From Promethearchaeota archaeon (GTDB taxonomy: Archaea; Asgardarchaeota; Lokiarchaeia; Sigyniarchaeales; SOKP01): a stretch of 64,000 nt of DNA. Numbering within the stretch: position 1 is the first letter of the stretch; each line of letters starts with the position of its first letter. The translations under genes were made by a program, and so were the position numbers. Below are positions 55,224 to 64,000 of the stretch, piece by piece. Location of the stretch: contig JAHLWP010000016.1 of NCBI GenBank assembly GCA_019057865.1, forward strand, positions 1-64,000, read 5' to 3'. A model generated the notes under the pieces. It was not told the origin of the DNA. It worked only from the letters and a program-made list of their open reading frames with translations, and made no database searches.

Positions 55224-55345
55224 TTAATAAAACCCATTGATAAGCTTTTATTACCTATTTTTTGTAAAATATTCCAAAACTATTAAGTTTTTTCAATTAT
55301 AATGCAGTTTTTAGAAAAGTAAAATAACTTACTGGAATCTTTTGA

Positions 55346-56503
55346 TTATAATAACTCGAAAGATTTTTCCCAAGCTTCTAAATTTATTGATTCTATTTCA
55401 TTATCAAAATTATCTTCGGATATTTTACCTTCCTGAGTAATTAATTCATTTACTTTTGAAATAAGCTCATTTTCTATATTTATTAGCTCATTTTTCTTAC
55501 TAAATAGTTTATGGGATGCATTTTTACACCATACCCAGTCGAGATTAATTTTTTTATAAGGTCCAGGCTTATAATATTTTTTTTCACCAATTGGAAATGA
55601 ATAAGGCTTATAACTACTCAAGCAAGGAAGAGTTGTGCCTGTAAACCAATGAATTGATTTCTTTCCTTTTCTTAAATGGGATACTTGAGATCCTGTTGAT
55701 TCAAAACCTCCATGCATACAAATTCCAGCCTGATGATCTCTTAAGAATTCCATCATCATCTTAGAAGTGATTTTTCCCTTACTATTATTAAGTAAATATG
55801 TTGCCTTTCCTCCTCTTGAATATTGTACTATTGATGGAGCTGAACCGCAGAAAGTTATAGCAAAATCAAAATCATCATCATCTTTACAATATCCTTTTTC
55901 AATGGCATGCTGAATTATACCTCTTCTCCTGATATCACTATTTCCTCTAATAGAGAGTTCATTTGATATAGATCTTACACCTTTTACTTTTTCAGCAATC
56001 CACCATTCATCAGCAGTCTCCAAAACATAAGCTTCTTCTGGGTCTGCAATTAAAAATGAGTTATGATACATCCAACCTGGATCATCATATGAACAACCTC
56101 CACCTTGTCCATATTTTTCTAATAAGTTAGTAATTATTTCCAAGGCTTGTTTTGCTCTTTTTCCCCTTTCAAGACCTAACCTCAGTAAATCCATCCCTAA
56201 CAATCCAGCGTTTCTCAAGCGTTCATATGTATAAACAGCTTCATTTCCAATTACAACATCATGCTCATTAGCACCCATTTCTGCACCCCACATCCACCAA
56301 GGTTGGCTTAATAAAACTGCTATAGTCTCAGAAACTTGAGGAATCGATATATATGTACATTTTACTTCTTCTCCCATTGAGTGTTCAGTTCTTGGAGCAT
56401 AAGTTATTAATTGAACTTCATTGGAAGGGCGATCTGAGTTTTTTCCAAAGATAACACTACCATCTTTTGTCGAATTCCCTAAAGCAACGAGAGTATCACA
56501 CAT
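55346..56503 (-). CDS. Peptidase C69/secernin family
   Basis: N-terminal MCDT, KNSDRP, WGAEMGANE. Confidence 0.92.
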   Translation of the reverse strand: MCDTLVALGNSTKDGSVIFGKNSDRPSNEVQLITYAPRTEHSMGEEVKCTYISIPQVSETIAVLLSQPWWMWGAEMGANEHDVVIGNEAVYTYERLRNAGLLGMDLLRLGLERGKRAKQALEIITNLLEKYGQGGGCSYDDPGWMYHNSFLIADPEEAYVLETADEWWIAEKVKGVRSISNELSIRGNSDIRRRGIIQHAIEKGYCKDDDDFDFAITFCGSAPSIVQYSRGGKATYLLNNSKGKITSKMMMEFLRDHQAGICMHGGFESTGSQVSHLRKGKKSIHWFTGTTLPCLSSYKPYSFPIGEKKYYKPGPYKKINLDWVWCKNASHKLFSKKNELINIENELISKVNELITQEGKISEDNFDNEIESINLEAWEKSFELL

Positions 56504-56555
56504 TTTTTCTCATTTTAAAAAACTTTATTAAGTAAAAATATACCTTATTTTTCAG

Positions 56556-57776
56556 TTATCTAAGATAATTCAAAGCAGTTAATGCATAGATTTTAGTAAC
56601 ATTTATCACATCCTCTATATAAACAAACTCATCTTGGGCATGATAATTATTCTCTCCTCGAAAGGGACCAATCAAAATAGTTTCAATTCCTTTTTCTTGA
56701 AAGAAATGAGCGTCTGTAGTTGGGATAAAAGTTTTAAAATTTCTATCTTCATTAAAAACAACTTTAAATGCCTTTTTGACTATTTTAGCAAAAATAGAAT
56801 TAGTATCTGTTATTTGTGGTTTAATAAAAGCTGGTATTTGGACTATTATATTTAAATTAGGATCTTTTCTTTTAAGTTCCTCAACAAAATTTAAGATCTT
56901 CTTTTTTATATTCTCCAAATCAATTTCTGGAATAACGCTGATTAAACAATGTAAAAGACAGTTGCTAGGGGTTGTATTAACTGAATTACCTCCATTTATT
57001 ATTGTAAAATTTACTGAACCTATTCTAGATGGAAGATCAGGAGGTAAAGGATATTTAGTTTCTATTTTTTGGAATTCTTCTTGTAATTCCATTAAAAAAT
57101 TCATAATTTCTACCATTTTTGCAATAGCATTTATTCCAGAATATTTATTACGATTAGGGGGAGGCAAATCTGGATACGCTTGAGCATGTCGGCGTATTCC
57201 TTGAATGTTAAAACTTATCTGCATTGTCCCACCTCGAAAAGCAATTGGATAATCGCAAGGAGCATCCCCTAATAAACAAGCATCTCCTTTTATAACTTCA
57301 TCATTAACAAGGTATTCAGCCCCTAATAAACCTCCAATTTCTTCATTAATTACAGCAGTAATAGTTAATCTTCCATTAATATCAATTCCGGTATCTAATA
57401 GAGCTTTAGTAGCGAAAATTTCTGCTGCTACACATGCTTTGTCGTCAGCAGCCCCTCTTCCGTAAATTTTATTTCTAATAATTTCACCTCCATAAGGGTC
57501 TTTAGTCCAGCCATCATAAGTCGCGACTGTATCAAGATGAGCATTAAATATAAGAGTAGGACCGTTTTCATTTCCTATTTCTCCAATAACATTGTTTCTT
57601 TTTACTTTCGTACTTATTTCAAATTCCTTCAGTTTTGATGCTACAAATTTAGATATTTCTCTATATTTCCCTGGCGGCACTTCAGAAGGTATTCTAATCA
57701 ATTCCTGGAGAAATTGTATAATTTCATCTTTCATACCTTCTATTTTTTCAAGAATTACCTTTTCTATGTTATCCAT
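56556..57776 (-). CDS. M20 (ArgE/DapE) metallohydrolase
   Basis: NAHLDTV, GRGAADDK, NEEIGG, HAQDE. Confidence 0.92.
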   Translation of the reverse strand: MDNIEKVILEKIEGMKDEIIQFLQELIRIPSEVPPGKYREISKFVASKLKEFEISTKVKRNNVIGEIGNENGPTLIFNAHLDTVATYDGWTKDPYGGEIIRNKIYGRGAADDKACVAAEIFATKALLDTGIDINGRLTITAVINEEIGGLLGAEYLVNDEVIKGDACLLGDAPCDYPIAFRGGTMQISFNIQGIRRHAQAYPDLPPPNRNKYSGINAIAKMVEIMNFLMELQEEFQKIETKYPLPPDLPSRIGSVNFTIINGGNSVNTTPSNCLLHCLISVIPEIDLENIKKKILNFVEELKRKDPNLNIIVQIPAFIKPQITDTNSIFAKIVKKAFKVVFNEDRNFKTFIPTTDAHFFQEKGIETILIGPFRGENNYHAQDEFVYIEDVINVTKIYALTALNYLR

Positions 57777-57899
57777 AATTTTGCAACCACAAATTTTTAT
57801 ATTTGTTTAAAATTTGAAATGTAATTTTTAATATAAAATATCCTATGATTAAAATATGAAGGTTTAAGGGTACTATTTATAAAAATAAAAAAAAAATCT

Positions 57900-58274
57900 T
57901 TAAATTACTGCTATTGCATCAATTTCAATTAGTGCAGTTGGTAGTGGACAAACTGCTTCTATAGTGCTTCGGGTGGGGAATTTTTCTGATACTCCATTCT
58001 GTTCAAAAAAATCTTTATAAACTTCATTCATTTCCTTAAAATCATCCATATTTTTAAGATATACTCCAATTTTAACTAGGCTTCTAACATTTGCCCCTGC
58101 AGCCTTTAGAACTTTTTTAACCTTTTCAAGAGCACTTAAAGTCTGTTCTTTTATGTTCTTGGCCTTTTGATCAGGTACTTGCCCCGATATGAAGATTAGA
58201 TTACCTGCTTTTAGACCAAGACTATAAGGACCTGCTTTCGGAGCTCCTGTGTCAATTATCTCAATATCTACCAT
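57900..58274 (-). CDS. RidA family enamine deaminase
   Basis: GPYS, ISGQ, PTRS, IEIDAIA. Confidence 0.92.
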   Translation of the reverse strand: MVDIEIIDTGAPKAGPYSLGLKAGNLIFISGQVPDQKAKNIKEQTLSALEKVKKVLKAAGANVRSLVKIGVYLKNMDDFKEMNEVYKDFFEQNGVSEKFPTRSTIEAVCPLPTALIEIDAIAVI

Positions 58275-58568
58275 CTTATTTACAACCTTAAATTGCTTAT
58301 ATTTAAATTTAGTAATTAATATAAGTAATAATTAAAATTATAGTTAAGTTTTAATAAGAAAATTAAGATAAAATAATTTTAATTCAACTTATATGAGAAA
58401 ATAGTATAACTCTGTAACATCAAATTTTTTTGTCGCAATTGTATCATACAAATGTATTTTTAATTAAGTTTTAATAAAAACATTTTTTTAAAGACTTAAA
58501 CCTATTTATTTTTAAATGACCTAATTTTAAAATTAATTTTTGACTAGTAACTGCGTTCTAGAAAAGTA

Positions 58569-60371
58569 TTGAGTGCTTTGATCGAAAAAAAAGATAAAAT
58601 TTGGATATATACTTTTGAATATTCAGGAATCGCAAAGATGGGGGGTCTTGGAGAAGTACCCGCAAACCAAGCTAAGCACTTAAAGGATAAATATGATATT
58701 ACTGTTTTTATTCCCTCTCATGGTCAAATTGATCGTTTAAAAATTATTAATACATGGGAGAGATTACCGCTTAAATGTACTGGAAAAATTAATCTCCAAT
58801 TTTTCGGAAATGATGAAGCTAAAGGGAATTATAATATCTCTTTTTATAGGTTTATAATAAATAATGTTAATGTGTTTTTGTTAACAGGTGAAAACTCATT
58901 TACAAAAAGATTTTTAGACGATAAGGATATCTATAACCCTGATACGATAAATGTAAAAATTTGCCTTTTTAGCCTTGGAATCCGCTGTTTAATTGACTTT
59001 TTAATTGAAAACAGAAAAGAAGATTTACCAGATGTTATTCACTTACATGATTATCATGTGGTATTTCCATATATCGGAGTTAAGCAAAGATTAATTATAA
59101 ATGGATTAGATGTACCATCAATAATTACTATACATTTATTAACTTGGCCAAGGTATCCTATTGATTTTTATAGAGCTTGTGGTATCAGTAAGATTCCAAT
59201 TAAGATACTTCTAAAAGAAGGGTTTAAATCATTTACAATAGATGAAATATTTTCTCTCTGTTCAGATTCAAGTTTGCAACAACCCCCCTCGGTTGAAAAA
59301 ATAGGAGCTGTGATTTGTGATCTCGTTACTACAGTTAGTCAATCCTATTTAAAGTCAGATATTATACCTTATTGTGGTAAGGACTTAATAGATTTTAAGT
59401 CTGATTTTATTTGGGATGGATGTGATTGGGAATATTTTGAGATATATCGAAATGTACTTCAATCTTTCGGAAAAGAAATTAAAGAATTATTGAATATTCC
59501 GCTACAAAATGAAATATCCCATACTCATTTAAAGGAATATTTATTAAAGTATAAAATTGGGCATTTAAGTCAGAGTCCATTAATAAATTCAACTAAAGTA
59601 CTCTCTGCAATTAATGAAATTTCCAATGGAAATCCTTTTATAAGGAATGGCACAATTAAACCATTTTCTGAATCAGGACCTTTAGTAATCACAACAGGCA
59701 GAATTTCTCCTCAGAAAGGGTTTGAAACTATATTTGAAGCAATTCCAGAAGTCCTTAAAGTTATTCCAAATATTAAACTTTTATTCCTTATTTTACCCAC
59801 TGATTATAGCTTAAATGAAATAATACAATATGCTAAATTTGTAAAAAAATATCCAAACAACATTAGAATAATATTTGGTGTAGCTTCAGAAATATATTAT
59901 TTAGCACATATCGCTTCAGATGTATATTGTGCTTTATCTCGATGGGAACCATTTGGTATTAACGCCTTAGAAGCGATGGCATCAAAAATCCCAATAATTG
60001 CTACTCAAGTAGGAGGATTTCAAGAAACAATCATAGATATGATAAAATACCCAGAAATCGGCACGGGCATTTTAATTGAAAAAGAAAATCCTTCTCAATT
60101 TTCAAATGCTTTAATTTCTCTCCTTAAATTAGCAGAACTTTCAGAGAAAATTAAAAACTCAGGATCAATTTATGAAACAGAAACCTTTAAAATTGTAAAT
60201 CAGATTCCTGATGAAATAATTAAATCTCGAGTCTTATTAGATGCTAATTATTATAATAAGATTAGAGAGAATTGTTATAAAAGAGTAAAAAATAATTTTA
60301 GATGGGAAATTGTATCTAAGAAATTAGTGGAGCTTTATGAAAGAATAAAAAACCCACATACAGTACATTAA
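58569..60371 (+). CDS. glgA: Glycogen/starch synthase (GT5)
   Basis: KMGGLGEV, HLHDYH, SRWEPFG. Confidence 0.88.
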   Translation: MSALIEKKDKIWIYTFEYSGIAKMGGLGEVPANQAKHLKDKYDITVFIPSHGQIDRLKIINTWERLPLKCTGKINLQFFGNDEAKGNYNISFYRFIINNVNVFLLTGENSFTKRFLDDKDIYNPDTINVKICLFSLGIRCLIDFLIENRKEDLPDVIHLHDYHVVFPYIGVKQRLIINGLDVPSIITIHLLTWPRYPIDFYRACGISKIPIKILLKEGFKSFTIDEIFSLCSDSSLQQPPSVEKIGAVICDLVTTVSQSYLKSDIIPYCGKDLIDFKSDFIWDGCDWEYFEIYRNVLQSFGKEIKELLNIPLQNEISHTHLKEYLLKYKIGHLSQSPLINSTKVLSAINEISNGNPFIRNGTIKPFSESGPLVITTGRISPQKGFETIFEAIPEVLKVIPNIKLLFLILPTDYSLNEIIQYAKFVKKYPNNIRIIFGVASEIYYLAHIASDVYCALSRWEPFGINALEAMASKIPIIATQVGGFQETIIDMIKYPEIGTGILIEKENPSQFSNALISLLKLAELSEKIKNSGSIYETETFKIVNQIPDEIIKSRVLLDANYYNKIRENCYKRVKNNFRWEIVSKKLVELYERIKNPHTVH

Positions 60372-60388
60372 ATAAAAGGCGTAATTAA

Positions 60389-61603
60389 GTGATAATATCA
60401 AGAAAATCAACAATTCTTATTTTAATTTCTGTTTTTATTATTAATACTGCAGCTATAATAGTTTATACTTATCTACCTAAATATTTATTGGATTTGGGCA
60501 CAGAAAGACCATTAATGCAACTTATAATCACAATTTTTCCTCTAACTGCTTTTATTTTCCCTCCATTATATGGATATCTCTCAGATAAAACTCAGAATAG
60601 ATTTGTATTTATAGTATTCGGTACGATTGGTATTAATTTTAGTTATTTCTTTTTATTCTTAACTCAAGATTTAATATTAATAGTTATTGTGCTATTTTTT
60701 TTTGGTTTTTTTATGGCATCATCAAATTTGTTTATGACACTGTTTGCTGAGTTAGTAGAAGATGATAAAACTCTCATTTCTTATTTTAACGCTATAGTAG
60801 TGGCGGGTTGGTTCGTTGGAGCTCAATCTGGAGGTATTTTAATTGATATTTATGAAATAGAGAATATAATGTTATTTACATTATTAATTTCTTTACCTAC
60901 TATAATTTTTGTCGCTTTTATAAGGGAAAATAGGTCTTTGATATTAGAAAGGTATAATAATAAGGTGGAAAAAAATCCTAATGACTTAATTTTAAATGAT
61001 CCTGAAGAATATAATCCAATTTCTCAATCAATCTATTATGGTTTATTTTTTAGAAATTTTAGTATTAAACCAATTATGCCTATACTTGCCATAATTATGG
61101 CTTTTCATTTAAGTAGTGATACTGAGATTGGGTTTTTGATCGGAATAAATTTTTTATTGCAAATTTTTCAGATGTTGTTAATAGGACAGTTAATTTCCAT
61201 TAAAAATATTAAATCTTTCATGATTATTGGTTATTTTTTTAGCGCCATTACAGTTTTCGGATACATAATATCAACCAACTTTTGGAGTTATTTATTTTTC
61301 CAATTTTTTGTTTCTTTCAGTTATTCCATGCATTGGGCAGCGACTATTACATATATAGCTCAAAATACTATACCTAAAAATAAAGGTAGATATATGGGAT
61401 ATGCGAATACTAGCGTTTTTTCAGGAAGTTTCGCAGGAGGACTTTTATTCAGTTTATTATTATTGTCATTTAATTCAGATTATTATATTGCTATGTCTTT
61501 TATGATAGTATTTCCACTAATTTCTACTTTTATAATTTTTTTGAAATTTAAGCCAAGCAAAATAATAACTAAGAATTCCAAAAAGGATATAATCTCTGAC
61601 TGA
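60389..61603 (+). CDS. MFS transporter
   Basis: GYLSDKTQNR motif A; about 12 TM segments. Confidence 0.88.
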   Translation: MIISRKSTILILISVFIINTAAIIVYTYLPKYLLDLGTERPLMQLIITIFPLTAFIFPPLYGYLSDKTQNRFVFIVFGTIGINFSYFFLFLTQDLILIVIVLFFFGFFMASSNLFMTLFAELVEDDKTLISYFNAIVVAGWFVGAQSGGILIDIYEIENIMLFTLLISLPTIIFVAFIRENRSLILERYNNKVEKNPNDLILNDPEEYNPISQSIYYGLFFRNFSIKPIMPILAIIMAFHLSSDTEIGFLIGINFLLQIFQMLLIGQLISIKNIKSFMIIGYFFSAITVFGYIISTNFWSYLFFQFFVSFSYSMHWAATITYIAQNTIPKNKGRYMGYANTSVFSGSFAGGLLFSLLLLSFNSDYYIAMSFMIVFPLISTFIIFLKFKPSKIITKNSKKDIISD

Positions 61604-63539
61604 TTGCATTTTTTTTATCCGGAACTAATTCTAATTCTTTTTTTACCCATTCAGAGATCCATTGATATTTATTTTTAAATCTGCTATCCATAAAAATTAA
61701 GCTTCCTTTATCAGTTAGTCTTCTTATTGGACGTCCTGAAGCTTGATTAGCCCTTTGAATCGCAGGATAGAGATAAGCAAAATTCCATCCTTGTTTATTA
61801 AAAACTTTATTATAATACTCAATTTTCGCTTCTACCCGTGGAGTTGGTAAGTGATAAGGGAATCCTGCGATTACAACAGAATTCATAAAATCCCCAGGAT
61901 AATCTTCTCCTTCAGAATTCCTACCACCACAAACACCTAGTAATACAGCACCATTATTAGGTGGCTGGGACATAGATTTAAAATCTTCAACCATAATAGC
62001 ATTTTCTGATGCAGATAAGCCTGATTCTTCAAAAAATAGCTTTTTATTGTTCTTTTTTACTATTAATTCTAAACCATTTGAAACTAAGCCTTTTAAAATT
62101 TTATAAGAAGCACAAAAAATACCTGAATTTGCTGGAGTGCAATATAGAACCTCATCTATTTTTTCATTCATCTTCTTAAACATAGCTGGATTTCTATTGT
62201 CATTTTTAGTATTAACGCCTTCAATGATAAATGCTTTAATATTTTCTTTTTTAAAAGGGGAATCAGCTATGATTCCTTTATAACTTTTTCCACTCTCATT
62301 TAACCCGATTAAATAGTTATATACATAAGGATTAGCTGTCCCAGACAGGTTTAAACAAGTGTATACATTTCTTAGGATTGGAATAGTAATCTCCCTTGGA
62401 TCTAACGCCACAATTTCAAGCGATATTGATCTTTTACCCTTCTTCTCCTTTAAATTATAACAAAAAAAATAGCTATCTAAGAGATAGGTTTTTAACCATT
62501 TTAGCCAAAATTCTGCTAAAGATCCAACAAAATCTCTTGAAATGTCACCATTTGCTATTTTCTCTTCATGAATCGATAAACTGAAACCATAAAGATCTTT
62601 TATAAAATTTTTAAATTCAATTAGATCTCTAAATCCTAATTTTTTATAAATTACTTCTAAGAAAATATCTGGTTTTACTTCTTGTTCTTCCCCCTTGAAG
62701 TATTCTTTTTTATTTTTTAATAGATTCATTAAAATTTTAATAAAACTCTGCATAAGAATGGGGGATCTGTACATTTCTAAATCTTTTAAGCATAATCTTA
62801 AGGAATAAGGTGAAATTTTTTCTGAATTTACATCTGTAGCTGTGTCAATTAAATTATGACATTCATCAATGACTAAAATAAATTTATGAAGTTCTTGATC
62901 AATAAATTTTAAGAAAGTTTCTCGAATAAAAGGATTAAAAATCCATTGATAATTGCATATTATGATTTTCATCTCTTTAAGTAGGAATTTACTAAGAAAA
63001 TAAGGGCAAAGCTTCTCATCTTTGCAGAATTTTATGAGATCTTCTGCATCAACAGGTTTATTGAACAAATCTGGAGCTAATAATACAGGGGTATCTACTC
63101 TATCTTTTTTTTTCAGTAAATTTAAAAAATGAATACAATTATTATTTTTTCTTAAATCATTACATACTGACATTGATTCCCTTGGATTTAATTTTAAAGA
63201 TAACAAGGTTTTATTTAAGCACATCTCGTTTCTTCCTCTAATTGAGAGACCATTTAATTTTATTTTTGTATTATTTTTTTTTAAAAGTTGAAAGATCTTG
63301 TTTAATTCTTTTATTATTCTTGTATTTTGAGAGTGTGTTCTACAGGTATAAATAATCTTTAAGTCTTTCTCGTAAGCTAAAGGAAGAAGTCCACTTAAAG
63401 CAATTATTGTCTTTCCAGTACCATTGGGAGAAACTAACAAAATATTTTTCTTCGATTTCGAATTTAATTCAATCTGCTTGATAATTTTTTCTTGTTCTTC
63501 TCTAAATTGTCTGTAAGGAAAAAAAGTTTGATAATCTAT
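61569..63539 (-). CDS. xpd: XPD/Rad3 Fe-S DNA helicase, extended upstream to a probable ATA start
   Basis: SPNGTGKT, DECH, Fe-S Cys, SEGEDY; Q-motif FFPYRQFREEQ lies in frame upstream of the track start; GGTG SD 7 nt before ATA. Confidence 0.9.
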   Translation of the reverse strand: MDYQTFFPYRQFREEQEKIIKQIELNSKSKKNILLVSPNGTGKTIIALSGLLPLAYEKDLKIIYTCRTHSQNTRIIKELNKIFQLLKKNNTKIKLNGLSIRGRNEMCLNKTLLSLKLNPRESMSVCNDLRKNNNCIHFLNLLKKKDRVDTPVLLAPDLFNKPVDAEDLIKFCKDEKLCPYFLSKFLLKEMKIIICNYQWIFNPFIRETFLKFIDQELHKFILVIDECHNLIDTATDVNSEKISPYSLRLCLKDLEMYRSPILMQSFIKILMNLLKNKKEYFKGEEQEVKPDIFLEVIYKKLGFRDLIEFKNFIKDLYGFSLSIHEEKIANGDISRDFVGSLAEFWLKWLKTYLLDSYFFCYNLKEKKGKRSISLEIVALDPREITIPILRNVYTCLNLSGTANPYVYNYLIGLNESGKSYKGIIADSPFKKENIKAFIIEGVNTKNDNRNPAMFKKMNEKIDEVLYCTPANSGIFCASYKILKGLVSNGLELIVKKNNKKLFFEESGLSASENAIMVEDFKSMSQPPNNGAVLLGVCGGRNSEGEDYPGDFMNSVVIAGFPYHLPTPRVEAKIEYYNKVFNKQGWNFAYLYPAIQRANQASGRPIRRLTDKGSLIFMDSRFKNKYQWISEWVKKELELVPDKKNAISQRLYPFWNS

Positions 63540-63645
63540 GTTTATACACCAAAAGTGGGATAAAAATTAACTTAAAAAAATATTTTTTTAAAAGTTTATA
63601 TTAGTATAGGGTATAAAAATTTATTTATTAAAGTATAAGTTTAAC

Positions 63646-64000
63646 TCAATCACGTAATTTCGGTTTTCTAGCAGCAAGGACCGCATCAAGGCGTTTTATA
63701 GGCGTATTATTTGGGGCATTTTTTAAAAGATCGGGGCTATTTTGAGCTTCTTCATAAACTTTTTCCATTACTTCAATAAAGTAATCGAGTGAAGTTTTTG
63801 ACTCGGTTTCTGTAGGTTCTATCATTATCGCCCCATTGACTATGAGTGGAAAATAAATAGTGGGAGCATATAATCCATAGTCTAGAATACGTTTAGCAAT
63901 ATCTTCCGTAGTAATATCATTTGGCAAGTTCTTATCTGATAGAACAAATTCATGTTGACAAATTCTATCATATGGTAGATTATATTTCTTTTTTAGTAAA
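63646..64000 (-). CDS. gcvPB: Glycine dehydrogenase (decarboxylating) subunit 2, C-terminal part
   Basis: CQHEFVLS, DIAKRILDYG, APTIYFP, MIEPTETE. Confidence 0.93.
   Translation of the reverse strand, partial: LLKKKYNLPYDRICQHEFVLSDKNLPNDITTEDIAKRILDYGLYAPTIYFPLIVNGAIMIEPTETESKTSLDYFIEVMEKVYEEAQNSPDLLKNAPNNTPIKRLDAVLAARKPKLRD

Overview
AT-rich archaeal DNA, most consistent with an Asgard archaeon of the Lokiarchaeia type: three Rab-like GTPases, a Snf7/ESCRT-III, a roadblock protein, an archaeal histone and a split RpoA'/RpoA''. Positions ~217-20300 are an accessory island carrying a DNA methyltransferase-Mrr fusion, a tyrosine recombinase beside a cluster of dyad sites, HTH/RHH/AbrB regulators, a PIN toxin-antitoxin pair, an extra TFB, an HTH-PD-(D/E)xK nuclease next to a cas-less 28-bp repeat array with hairpin spacers, an iteron-rich putative origin and a helicase operon. 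Positions 20400-64000 are core genes. The most striking observation is that two essential genes of one operon are interrupted by short structured insertions containing stop codons. rps12 carries a 30-nt insert forming a near-canonical bulge-helix-bulge motif whose predicted cuts restore the conserved PGDG sequence exactly. rpoA1 carries a 65-nt stem-closed insert in the GHFGH|IKLARPV motif. Both are candidate endonuclease-spliced mRNA introns. Several genes also appear to start at ATA or CTG. All family calls are from motif recognition by eye; no database searches were run.
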